64,000 nucleotides of DNA from an uncultured Armatimonadia bacterium (GTDB lineage Bacteria > Armatimonadota > Zipacnadia > Zipacnadales > UBA5352): assembly GCA_964617715.1 (NCBI GenBank), contig CAZTZN010000003.1, positions 13,048-77,047 on the forward strand, given 5' to 3'. The notes beneath the pieces are model-generated. The model worked only from the letters and a program-made list of their open reading frames with translations, did not search any database and was not told the DNA's origin. The translations under genes were made by a program, and so were the position numbers. Shown piece by piece: positions 10,120-18,679 of this stretch; position 1 is the stretch's first letter; each line of letters begins with the position of its first letter.

Positions 10120-10905
10120 TCAGGGGAGGCGATCCTGTCGCACCGGGCGGAGCAGCTCGAGGAGGGCGCGTAGACCCGCCCGGTCGGACATGGTCCACGC
10201 GCCGAAGCGATCGATGCTGTCCGCGGCCGCGAGGAATGCGGCCGCAGCCTCCGACGCCGGCGTGCGCTCCAGCACCACCTGCACGGTCACCTGGCAGTCG
10301 GGGTTGATCGACTTGATGAGCGCGCGACGTTCGCGCGTGAGCGCCACGAACGCCTCCTGTCCGGCGGTCTGCAGGGGGCGCTGGTGCTGCAGGCCGATGC
10401 CATCGACATGTGCCGCGAGGCGGAGGAGGTCGGGGTCTCGCGTGAGCATGTTATGCGTCGGTCCCCAGATCATGCGGTAGCCGTGCCGGTGGCACAGCTC
10501 GGCGAAACGCGGCACCAGCTCGTCAAGACGCTGCAGCTCGCTCATCGGAGTCATGCCTGCCTCGGAGTTCCAGGCGATGGCATCCACGCACTCGGGCAGG
10601 TCGGCTATTTCGCGCTCAAGGTCTTCGAAGGTCGAGAGCACCAGCGTGCGTTCGATGCCCTCCATGTCCACCGCCGCCAGCTCGCTGAGCGCCCGGGCGA
10701 GTTTCTCCTCGCTCCAGGTGGGCTCCTGGCCGCGCCGTGCGCCGCGGCTCGCAATGGCGTAGACGGCGTCGCCGGGCAGCAGCAGGTCCTTCACGTCCTC
10801 GTAGAACCACGAACGCACCGAGAAGGGGATGGAGGCGGGCGTGTCGGCCGCCTCCGTGGCGGCGGGGACGGTGAGTGTGACCACGAGAGCGAGCGCGAGA
10901 CGCAT
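10120..10905 (-). CDS. secreted hypothetical protein
   Basis: 261 aa with cleavable signal peptide MRLALALVVTLTVPAATEAA. Protein-like composition. No family recognised. Confidence 0.6.
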   Translation of the reverse strand: MRLALALVVTLTVPAATEAADTPASIPFSVRSWFYEDVKDLLLPGDAVYAIASRGARRGQEPTWSEEKLARALSELAAVDMEGIERTLVLSTFEDLEREIADLPECVDAIAWNSEAGMTPMSELQRLDELVPRFAELCHRHGYRMIWGPTHNMLTRDPDLLRLAAHVDGIGLQHQRPLQTAGQEAFVALTRERRALIKSINPDCQVTVQVVLERTPASEAAAAFLAAADSIDRFGAWTMSDRAGLRALLELLRPVRQDRLP

Positions 10906-11070
10906 GACCCGGCTCCTTATATCTTGATCGCAGCAGGCTCAGATCTTCAGACGAATCGGCTTGGCAAGGTACTCAGCGCCTGCGGCCGGTTGACCGGTGA
11001 GCTTTGAATCGAGACCGGCGAGCGCGAAGTTCACGGTCGGCACGACATCATGAAGGACTCGGCACGTCGG

Positions 11071-11106
11071 ATGGCGCATTGTCCCCCGCGCGCGCAAGCA
11101 CGCGCG
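11071..11106. promoter_or_regulatory. long GC-only imperfect palindrome (14-bp arms, 6-nt spacer) in divergent intergenic region
   Basis: GTCCCCCGCGCGCG-CAAGCA-CGCGCGCGGGGGGGAC. Arms are reverse complements apart from two extra G in the right arm. Lies between the divergent genes ending/starting at 10905 and 11266. Confidence 0.5.
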
Positions 11107-11265
11107 CGGGGGGGACAGCCGGCGAACTGAGACCTCGCAGCACGCAACGCACTCCACATCGAAGCAGGGACCGGGCGGTTCATGCATTACCCGTTCGCGC
11201 CGGTGGGCGCGGCGCAGGTGCCCGCGCGCGAGCGATTTGTTGTGCGGCCGAAAGGGGACCGACGG

Positions 11266-11715
11266 ATGAGCCAGATGCTCAAGATGGACTGGCGGCTGAT
11301 GTTCATCCTGCTGGCGTGGATGCTGATGGTGCTTGCGCCGCTGGTGGTGATCCGCGCCACGGTGGCTCCTCACGTGGGCCAGTTGGAGTGGATCGGGATC
11401 TGCATCGGCGCCTTCCTGACGCTGACGCTGCCGCGCACCTTCATGCTGGCGGTGCGCGAGCGCGAGGAGCGCATCCTGCTGCGCCCCCGTTGGGCCGAGC
11501 TCAAGTGGGACCTCAGTGTCGTCTTCCTGACCGCCACCATCGTCAGCAGCTTCCCGCCCACCCGCGGCTGGCGCTCGATCGCCGACCTGGCCATCATCAT
11601 CGTCGCGGTCTCCGCGGTCATGGGGCTGCTGATCGTGCGCGGCAGCTCGCGCATCGAGGAGCAGCCGCGACTGTTCGACTATGAGCGCGAGCAGTTCGAG
11701 GAGGGCGCCAAGTGA
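11266..11715 (+). CDS. hypothetical integral membrane protein (about 4 TM helices)
   Basis: ORF 11182-11715. Start placed at ATG 11266 (MSQMLKMDW...), preceded by AAAGGGG 8 nt upstream. Four hydrophobic helices. Stop overlaps the next gene's start (GTGA). Confidence 0.6.
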   Translation: MSQMLKMDWRLMFILLAWMLMVLAPLVVIRATVAPHVGQLEWIGICIGAFLTLTLPRTFMLAVREREERILLRPRWAELKWDLSVVFLTATIVSSFPPTRGWRSIADLAIIIVAVSAVMGLLIVRGSSRIEEQPRLFDYEREQFEEGAK

Positions 11716-13085
11716 GCGGCACGCCCATCAACATCGGTGGTGTCTTCCCGCACCTGCACGTGACCGCCGACATGGCGCCGCGGCGTAGCGAGGCGGGCAT
11801 CGGCGCGCTCATGCCCTGGGCCGACCGGTTGTGGCTGATCACCTACCCGTCGAACCGCACCAGCGGCTCGGGCACCGGGCTCTACGAGATAATGCCCGAC
11901 CTCACCATGCGCAGGCGCCCCGAAAGCGTCGTGGGCACCTACGCCAACCGCCTGCTGCACTCCGCCACCGACCAGGTGGTTATCGGCCCGCACGTGATCG
12001 ACCCCGATGGTCAGGTGCGCACCATCGAGGCGCTGGTGGAGCATCGGCTGACCGCGACCATGGCCCACCTCTACGACCCGAAGCGCATGGTCTACTTCCT
12101 GACCATGGAGGGCCTGTTGTTCGAGGTAGATATGGAGACCCTCGCCTGCGAGCTGCTCTGGGACCTCAAGGGTGAGCTGGCCTTGCCCGCGGACGCCTGG
12201 CCACACTTCAAGGGCGCGCACACGGGTATGGGCCGCGTGGTGGTGTGCAATAACACGTACGATGAGCCGGAGTACCTGGGTCGCAGGCGGGCGGGGCGGC
12301 TGGCCGAGTGGGATGGCGAGATGTGGCGCACCATCACCGAAGAGCCGTTCATGGAGGCCGCCGGGCGGCGCAACCTGGGCGGGGCGATCTTCGCCACCGG
12401 CTGGGACAACGCTTCGGCGCTGCTGAAGGTGCTGATCGGTGGGAAGTGGCGCACCTGGCGGCTGCCCAAGGCCAGTCAGTGCTACGATCACGGCTGGCTG
12501 ACCGAGTGGACGCGTATCCGGGAGGTGGAGACCGAGCGCTTCCTGATGGACTGCCACGGGATGTTCTACGAGCTGCCCGCGCAGGTCTACGGCGGTGACA
12601 TCCTGCCCATCAAGCCGATCTGCCGGCACCTGCGCATCATCCCCGACTTCTGCGCGTGGATGGGCCTGCTGGTGTTGGCAGGCAATCAGACCACGCCCAA
12701 CGGGGACACCAACCTGCTGGCGGGCCAGCCGCAGGCCAATCTGTGGCTGGGCAAGACCGATGATCTGTGGCATTTCGCCAAGCCCGCCGGGTGGGGCGGG
12801 CCGTGGCGGCGTACGCCGGTGACCGCGGGCGTGCCCTCCGACCCGTTCCTGATGACCGGATTCGAGCACAAGTGCCTGCATCTCTCGCAGCTCTCAGCGG
12901 GCGCCGTCGAGTTCACTGTTGAAGTGGACTTCCTCGGCGATGGCAGCTTTGGCGCGGCCGAGACGGTCACTGTGGCCGCGGGCGCGCACGCCACGCACAC
13001 CTTCCCGGAGGGCTTCTCGGCACACTGGGTGCGCATAGTCGCCGACCGCGACTGCATTGCGACGGCGCAGTTCGTGTACTCGTAG
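11712..13085 (+). CDS. conserved hypothetical protein (457 aa), translationally coupled to upstream membrane protein
   Basis: GTG start overlapping the upstream stop (GTGA), with GAGGAGGG 6 nt upstream. Composition is protein-like (W, Y, F, N, K, H present), whereas the antisense 400-aa ORF is R/P/G-rich. No family recognised. Confidence 0.65.
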   Translation: MSGTPINIGGVFPHLHVTADMAPRRSEAGIGALMPWADRLWLITYPSNRTSGSGTGLYEIMPDLTMRRRPESVVGTYANRLLHSATDQVVIGPHVIDPDGQVRTIEALVEHRLTATMAHLYDPKRMVYFLTMEGLLFEVDMETLACELLWDLKGELALPADAWPHFKGAHTGMGRVVVCNNTYDEPEYLGRRRAGRLAEWDGEMWRTITEEPFMEAAGRRNLGGAIFATGWDNASALLKVLIGGKWRTWRLPKASQCYDHGWLTEWTRIREVETERFLMDCHGMFYELPAQVYGGDILPIKPICRHLRIIPDFCAWMGLLVLAGNQTTPNGDTNLLAGQPQANLWLGKTDDLWHFAKPAGWGGPWRRTPVTAGVPSDPFLMTGFEHKCLHLSQLSAGAVEFTVEVDFLGDGSFGAAETVTVAAGAHATHTFPEGFSAHWVRIVADRDCIATAQFVYS

Positions 13086-13252
13086 CCAGGAGCGATGGCC
13101 GATGACCGGCCAGACCGTCCGGTGGCATGGCCCCTCGGAAGCGGTCGGCGGCCCCGCATCGGCTGGGGAGAAGCCCACGGGTGTGTACCTGGCCCGCGCC
13201 GGTCTTGCCGATCGCAGCGACTGAGCGCATCAGACCGCACTGGCGCTGTGCT

Positions 13253-13281
13253 TTGACAGCCGAGGGGCCTTGTGATATAGT
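13253..13281 (+). promoter_or_regulatory. near-consensus sigma70-type promoter TTGACA-17-TATAGT (extended -10 TGa)
   Basis: TTGACA at 13253-13258, 17-nt spacer, TATAGT at 13276-13281. About 75 nt upstream of the 13358 start, whose RBS is GAGAGGGG. Confidence 0.6.
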
Positions 13282-13357
13282 CACTTCGAGCAACAACGGC
13301 ACTATCGGCCGGCAGCGCGCCAGTGCGGGTCGCTGCGCCGAGAGGGGTGTTCACCGT

Positions 13358-14174
13358 GCTCGACGCCAGGCGTGCGTTCGTGGTCACCGCAGTCATCCTT
13401 GCCGCCGCCACGGTCGCCACCGCAGGCACGTTGACCGTGCAGGGAGCCGGCGGACTGTCGCTGGAGATTACCTGTGACGTGCCGCCCTCCGACAGCGCCA
13501 CGCCCGAGATCAGCGGCGTGGTCAGCATCGCCCCCGTCTCCGAGGCGCTGCGTGACCGGCCCATGATGCTCTACGTGGATGGTGTCGCGCGCGGCCTCAC
13601 CGGATCATCGGCCGGCCGGTTCGACATCGACACCGGCGCGCTGGGCGAGGGAGAGCATGTCCTGCGCGTTGACGCCCTGGCGGGCGAGCAGCTCATCGCC
13701 TCCACCGGGAGCATCCCGGTGACGGTGCTCACCGCCGCGGAGGCGACCGCTCGGCAGCTTCCCCCCACCGATCTCGGCGGTGGCACGCCGGCGTTCGTCA
13801 AGCTGTATCGGCCGCGCATCTACCGCGAGATCGTCTACTTCAACAACCGCGAGGCCGACCTCGAGAAGCACGCCTTCATCCGTGACGGGCGCGTCTACAT
13901 CACGCTCACCGACCTCATGCGTCACATCGGCGGCAGTATCATCTGGGGCCCCGATGACGATGACCTCGAGGTCGAGCGCAACGGCATCACGGTGGAGTTG
14001 TCCCCCAACAGTCGCACGGTCTACGTCAATGGCGTGCGCCAGCGGCTGGACCGACCCACCATTCGTCGCGCCAACCGCACCTACGTTCCGGTGCGGCCGT
14101 TCGCGGCGCTGTTCGGCATCGCCACCGAGTGGGACTTCCAGGATGATCGCGCCTACGTGACCTACGCCGAGTAG
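13358..14174 (+). CDS. secreted protein with two copper-amine-oxidase-N-terminal-like (cell-wall/stalk-binding) domains
   Basis: ORF 13323-14174. Start placed at GTG 13358, 8 nt after GAGAGGGG. Signal peptide AFVVTAVILAAATVATAG. C-terminal half has two repeats of the CuAO-N pattern (FIRDGRVYITLTDLMRHIGGSIIWGPDDDDLEV, VYVNGVRQRLDRPTIRRANRTYVPVRPFAALFGIATEWD). Confidence 0.7.
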
Positions 14175-14204
14175 CTGGCGACCGGGCCTGCAGGCGGGCT
14201 GAGC

Positions 14205-14615
14205 ATGATCGCAGCAGACACCGCAGATGAGTTGGTCGCCACGGCACGCCGGGCACGACAACGGGCGTATGCCCCATATTCGGACTTCACCGTCGGCGCG
14301 GCCGTCCTGTGCGCCGACGGTCGCGTTTTCGCGGGCTGCAACGTGGAGAACGCTTCACCGGGCGCGACCGTCTGCGCCGAGCGGGTGGCGATATTCACCG
14401 CGGTGGCCGCGGGTTGCGGGCAGATCAGGGCCATCGCGATCGCAGGGCCGGGCGAGGAGCCACTGCCACCATGCGGCATCTGCCGCCAGGTGATGATTGA
14501 ACTCGCGCCCGATGCGGTTGTCATCATGGCCGGGGACGACCGCACCCGCACGAGCACGGTTGCCGCGCTGATGCCCGATGCCTTCGGCGCGGGCAAGTTG
14601 CGGGGACGCACCTGA
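14205..14615 (+). CDS. cdd: cytidine deaminase
   Basis: 136 aa. Zinc-binding motifs CAER (C-A-E) and PCGICRQ (PCG-x-CRQ). YAPYS substrate-binding segment. Confidence 0.9.
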   Translation: MIAADTADELVATARRARQRAYAPYSDFTVGAAVLCADGRVFAGCNVENASPGATVCAERVAIFTAVAAGCGQIRAIAIAGPGEEPLPPCGICRQVMIELAPDAVVIMAGDDRTRTSTVAALMPDAFGAGKLRGRT

Positions 14616-16167
14616 GGATGACGCCGGGGAGTGGTACGGGGTGATCTGCATCGGCCGGCGAGGATGCGCGCACGCGGGCCGGACCCGAACGCGCTGCTTC
14701 ACGCTACTGATTGCGGTTGTGGTCGCGGCGTGGCCCGGATCCGCCTGCATTGCCGGGGCGGCGGTGCGTGCCGCGGCGGCCGAGCCGGTCGCCGGCCCGG
14801 CGGACGATCGAGCGCCCGCGCCGGCCCGCCGGCTCATTGAGATCACCCAGGTGCTCCCGACCTACGCGGCCCTCGCCGGTGGTGCCGGGCGAGTGGTCAT
14901 GCCCGGCGTACACAGCACCCGTCGCATCGAGTACGACCTGGTGGCCGACCGAACGGTGAGCATCCGGTTGGCTCTCGCCGAGCCACTCGTGGTGTACAGC
15001 CGACCCGGCGACGGTCAGACCCCGCCGCGCATGGCCCTTACCTTCGACGACGGCCCGAGCGCGGTGTACACGTCGCAGATCATGGATATCTTCGCCCGGC
15101 ACGGGGGGCGTGGCACCTTTTTCGTGATGGGCGGGCTCGTGAACAGGCGCAAAGACCTTATCGAGCGCCTGGCGCTCGAGGGGCATGAGGTCGGGATCCA
15201 CACCTGGTGGCACGCCAACCTGACCGAGCTGTCCGACGATGCCATCGTCTCCGACCTGGCCCGTTGTCGGGCGGCGCTCGACCCGCTGATGCAGCGGCCG
15301 GTACGCTGGGTGCGTCCGCCCTACGGGGCCGTGGACGCGCGCGTGCGCAGGGTCGTCACCAACGCGGGCTATCATGTCGCCATGTGGTCGATTGACCCGC
15401 GCGACTGGCAAAGGCCCGGCTCGTCGGTGATTGCCCGCCGTATCCTGAACAACGCGCGCGACGGCGCGGTGGTCGTGCTGCATGACGGTGGGGGCAACCG
15501 CGCGGGCACCGTCGCCGCAATGCGCACGGTGGTCCCGGCGCTCATTGAGCGCGGCTTCGAGCTGGTCACGATGTCCGAGCTGGCGGGCTTCGCCGACCCC
15601 CCGCCGACCGAGCGCGGCATGGTGCTGACCATCGACGACCACCGCTTCGTGGTCGAGAACGACTTCGAAGACATGCGGGTTCTCGTGGACGGGATGGAGG
15701 TCGAGCTGGGCACGCCTCCGGTGCGCACCGAGGGCCAGTTCCTGGTTCACGGCCGCCCGGTATTGCGCGCGCTGGGCGCGACGGTGAACTGGGATGCCGA
15801 GCACCTCGCGGTCGGCTTCACCGCCGCGCGCGGTCAGTTCGATGTGCGCCTCGACACCTTGCAGGTTACGCGTGACGGCGCGCAGTTGTTCGTGCGCGTT
15901 CCGTCCGTCTACTACCACAAACTCGGGTTGCTGCCGGTGTGGCTCATCGCCAACGCGTGCAACGCCACCGTGGAAGTGGACGAGCAGGCGCGCACGATAA
16001 GCTTCTTCACCACGCAGGCCGCCAACCTGGGGCGAACGCCGCCGCGCCCCGCCGGCGGACTTGCCCTGCGCGGCCTCGATGGCATGAGCGTCTGCGGCGT
16101 GCCCGCCGAAGCGTGGATGCAGACCGGCCTCGCGATCCTGGGAGTGCATGCTGCTGTCCTCATCTGA
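14578..16167 (+). CDS. polysaccharide deacetylase (NodB homology domain) fused to C-terminal copper-amine-oxidase-N-like domains; secreted
   Basis: NodB motifs TFDDGP, HTWWH and a VVLHDG-type segment. C-terminal repeats RVLVDGMEVELGTPPVRTEGQFLVHGRPVLRALGATVNWD and QVTRDGAQLFVRVPSVYYHKLGLLPVWLIANACNATVEVD. N-terminal hydrophobic signal. True start probably GTG 14641 (in frame), since the ORF's first 21 codons overlap cdd. Confidence 0.8.
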   Translation: MPSARASCGDAPEDDAGEWYGVICIGRRGCAHAGRTRTRCFTLLIAVVVAAWPGSACIAGAAVRAAAAEPVAGPADDRAPAPARRLIEITQVLPTYAALAGGAGRVVMPGVHSTRRIEYDLVADRTVSIRLALAEPLVVYSRPGDGQTPPRMALTFDDGPSAVYTSQIMDIFARHGGRGTFFVMGGLVNRRKDLIERLALEGHEVGIHTWWHANLTELSDDAIVSDLARCRAALDPLMQRPVRWVRPPYGAVDARVRRVVTNAGYHVAMWSIDPRDWQRPGSSVIARRILNNARDGAVVVLHDGGGNRAGTVAAMRTVVPALIERGFELVTMSELAGFADPPPTERGMVLTIDDHRFVVENDFEDMRVLVDGMEVELGTPPVRTEGQFLVHGRPVLRALGATVNWDAEHLAVGFTAARGQFDVRLDTLQVTRDGAQLFVRVPSVYYHKLGLLPVWLIANACNATVEVDEQARTISFFTTQAANLGRTPPRPAGGLALRGLDGMSVCGVPAEAWMQTGLAILGVHAAVLI

Positions 16168-17218
16168 TCGTGCAGCCCGACCGGCCCGGGCCGTCGCCGC
16201 CATGTCAGGCGGTGTGGACAGCTCCGTAGCCGCCATGCTGGCCGTGCGCGCGGGCGTGGAGGCCATCGGTGTCACCCTCGGGCTGCCTGGTGGCGATGCG
16301 GCGTCGGCCCGCGCCGTGTGCTCACTGCTGGGCATCGAGCATCGTGAGGAAGACGTGTCGGAGGCCTTCGAGGCCCGGGTGCTCAGTCCGTTCATCGCCG
16401 CCTACGCTGCGGGACGTACGCCCAACCCCTGCGTACTGTGCAATCCGCTGGTCAAGTTCGCGACGCTGGCGCGGCTCGCTGATGACCTGGGGTGCGAAGG
16501 CATCATCAGCGGCCACTACGCGCGTGTGCGTTGCGAGGCGGGGGAATGGCACCTGCTGCGCGCGCTTGATCGCGCCAAGGATCAGTCGTACATGCTCTAC
16601 CGACTGCCTCAGCGCATCCTGGCGCGTCTGATGCTCCCGTTGGCTGAGGAGACGAAAGACGAGGTGCGCGAGCTGGCCAACGAGGCCGCCCTGGCGGTGA
16701 CCGAACGTGCCGAGAGCCAGGATGCGTGCTTTGCCCCCGATGGCGAGGTGGCCGCGCTGGTTGCAGCTTCCCGCCCGGACGCCGCCCGCCCCGGGCCGAT
16801 CCTCGATGGTGGAGGTCAGGTGATCGGCCGCCATCGCGGGCTGGCGCACTACACCGTGGGCCAGCGGCGGGGGCTGGGCATCGGAGGGCCGGGTGGTCCA
16901 TTTTACGTGCTGCGCATCGATGCGCGGCGTAATGCGCTCGTCGTCGGGCCCGAAAGGGAGCTGTGGGTCGAGGGCTGCGCAGTTGAGGACGTGTGCATCG
17001 TCGGCACGGCCCCCGGCCCCGAGTTCGAAGCCAGGGTGATGACCCGTTACCGAGGCACCGAGACTCCGGCGCTGGTGCGCATCGACGGAGACCGCGCCAC
17101 CATCCATTTTGAACGCCCGCACCGTGCTCCGGCGCCGGGCCAGTCGGCCGTATTCTATCAGGGCGAACGCCTGGTCGGAGGCGGCATAATCGCGCCCGAG
17201 CCCGAATCAGGCGCCTGA
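16148..17218 (+). CDS. mnmA: tRNA-specific 2-thiouridylase MnmA
   Basis: PP-loop motif AMSGGVDSSVAA, catalytic-Cys context NPCVLCN, C-terminal barrel. 356 aa. Confidence 0.9.
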   Translation: MLLSSSDRAARPARAVAAMSGGVDSSVAAMLAVRAGVEAIGVTLGLPGGDAASARAVCSLLGIEHREEDVSEAFEARVLSPFIAAYAAGRTPNPCVLCNPLVKFATLARLADDLGCEGIISGHYARVRCEAGEWHLLRALDRAKDQSYMLYRLPQRILARLMLPLAEETKDEVRELANEAALAVTERAESQDACFAPDGEVAALVAASRPDAARPGPILDGGGQVIGRHRGLAHYTVGQRRGLGIGGPGGPFYVLRIDARRNALVVGPERELWVEGCAVEDVCIVGTAPGPEFEARVMTRYRGTETPALVRIDGDRATIHFERPHRAPAPGQSAVFYQGERLVGGGIIAPEPESGA

Positions 17219-17228
17219 CTTCGCCCGA

Positions 17229-17993
17229 ATGACGGTGAGAGTCGTCGATAGGGGATCGACCGTGATCGATCTGCACAATCATATCATGCGCTACGTGGTG
17301 CCGGTTCACCGCACCGAGCCCGACATCGAGATCGCGGTCAGAATGGCCGAGATCGCCGCCGCTGATGGCATCCGCATCATCGTCTCGACACCGCACTTCC
17401 GGCCTGAGGCGCTGGGAGATCGCCTGCCGGCGGTGTACGCCATGATGCGTGAAGGTGTGGCCGAACTCAACGGGGTTCTCCGTGAGCGCGGCATTGACGT
17501 TGAGGTGGTGGATGGAGCCGAGGTGCAGCTCTGGGAAGGGCTGCCCGACCTGGCCGACGCCGGGCTGCTGCCGACGCTCGGCGAGGGACGGCACGTGCTC
17601 ATCGAACTGCCCATCGCCAGCTACGCGACCTACGCCGAGCAGGTGCTGTTCGCGCTGCAGCTCAAGGGCCTTCAGCCGGTGATCGCGCACTTCGAGCGCA
17701 TGGCCAGCGCGCCCACACGCGAGTTCGACGCCGAGGTGTTGGTGTCGCGCGGTATCAAGCTGCAGGTAAACTGCGAGAGCCTGCAGGCGCGGCGGGGGAG
17801 AGCGGTGCAACGCGCCGCCCAGGACCTGATCCGCCGGGGCCTCGCCGCCGGGCTGGGCTCGGACGCACACGATCCCGAGGACTCGCCGCCACGCCTGAGC
17901 GCCTGCCGCCGGGCCGTCAACCGCGCGGGAGGACAGGGCGCTTTCGAGCGCCTCACGTGGGAGCAGCCGCTGGAGATCATCGGCCGCGGTTGA
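17229..17993 (+). CDS. CpsB/YwqE-type manganese-dependent protein-tyrosine phosphatase (PHP domain)
   Basis: N-terminal IDLHNHIM (HxH), STPHF, HFERM motifs characteristic of capsular-polysaccharide CpsB-family PHP phosphatases. Confidence 0.75.
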   Translation: MTVRVVDRGSTVIDLHNHIMRYVVPVHRTEPDIEIAVRMAEIAAADGIRIIVSTPHFRPEALGDRLPAVYAMMREGVAELNGVLRERGIDVEVVDGAEVQLWEGLPDLADAGLLPTLGEGRHVLIELPIASYATYAEQVLFALQLKGLQPVIAHFERMASAPTREFDAEVLVSRGIKLQVNCESLQARRGRAVQRAAQDLIRRGLAAGLGSDAHDPEDSPPRLSACRRAVNRAGGQGAFERLTWEQPLEIIGRG

Positions 17994-18020
17994 TCGCACA
18001 TCTGTGCGAGCCCGCGCCGC

Positions 18021-18049
18021 TTGACTGTGCAGGGCCGAAGGCCTACAAT
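18021..18049 (+). promoter_or_regulatory. near-consensus sigma70-type promoter TTGACT-17-TACAAT for the atp operon
   Basis: TTGACT 18021-18026, 17-nt spacer, TACAAT 18044-18049. Followed by GGAGG and ATG 18068, giving a very short 5'UTR. Confidence 0.6.
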
Positions 18050-18067
18050 AGCGCGCGGAGGCAGATC

Positions 18068-18280
18068 ATGAGACAGTCACGCTCGTCGCTCGTCTCCGGA
18101 GCGAGGTACTGGCTGCTGGCGTGGTCTGTCCCCCTCTCCATCGGCGTCGGCTGGGGTGCGGGATGGCTGCTCGATGGGCATTTCGGCACCGATCCATGGC
18201 TTCAGATCATCGGCTTCCTGCTGGGAGCAGTGGCAGGCCTGAAGCAGATCCTCCAGCTCGTGGACGGCGATGACAGCTAG
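18068..18280 (+). CDS. atpZ: AtpZ-like small membrane protein (putative F0F1-ATPase-associated, PF09527-like)
   Basis: Start at ATG 18068 after GGAGG (ORF extends upstream to 17957 but that part lacks an RBS). Two TM helices with the G-x-G-W-L-L-D motif typical of AtpZ. Located immediately upstream of atpI/atpB. Confidence 0.55.
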   Translation: MRQSRSSLVSGARYWLLAWSVPLSIGVGWGAGWLLDGHFGTDPWLQIIGFLLGAVAGLKQILQLVDGDDS

Positions 18281-18672
18281 ATTCTGGTCGCAGCGCCCCG
18301 GTAGCGCCGTGGCGGCGGCCGCCGCCATCTCGCTCATCGTCGCGGTGACAGTCTACGTCCTGTGCGGGCGTCACGTCGCGCTGGGCTTTGTCGGTGGGGT
18401 GGTTACGGGAGCGGGCATGCTCAGCGCGTTCGTCCGTGTACTCAACAAGGCGTCCGTTCCTGCCGAGGAACGTGTAGGGCCAACCTGGCCGGGGACCCTG
18501 CCGCACGTGGGCGAATTCGCCGTCGTTGCTGCTGTGGGGTAGCTGGTTATCGTCGTCTGGCGGGGCAATGCCGTCGCCTTCGCCGCCGGCTACACTGTTG
18601 CGCTGATCGCGCTGCTGGTTGGCTCGGGGCGACGCGGATTTGACATGCATACCGGCAGGCCCACCTGGGACT
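18270..18672 (+). pseudogene. atpI: atpI-like ATP synthase protein I, interrupted by in-frame TAG at 18540-18542 (pseudogene, sequencing error or read-through)
   Basis: 90-aa ORF (18270-18542) ends ...GEFAVVAAVG*. The same frame continues LVIVVWRGNAVAFAAGYTVALIALLVGSGRRG... to TGA at 18670-18672. The stop falls inside a continuous hydrophobic helix. The joined product is about 134 aa with 3-4 TM segments, typical of AtpI, and abuts atpB. Confidence 0.5.
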
Positions 18673-18679
18673 GACACAA

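Noticed and set aside
11004-11684. 226-aa plus-strand ORF overlapping the membrane-protein gene in another frame
   Set aside because: Arg/Pro/Ala-rich and non-protein-like. The overlapping frame encodes a coherent 4-TM protein with an RBS.
18540-18542. Possibility that TAG is reassigned genome-wide (stop-codon recoding)
   Set aside because: TAG is used as the terminator of confidently called genes in the same window (HD protein at 1010-1012, atpZ at 18278-18280). The atpI interruption is therefore treated as a single-site event.
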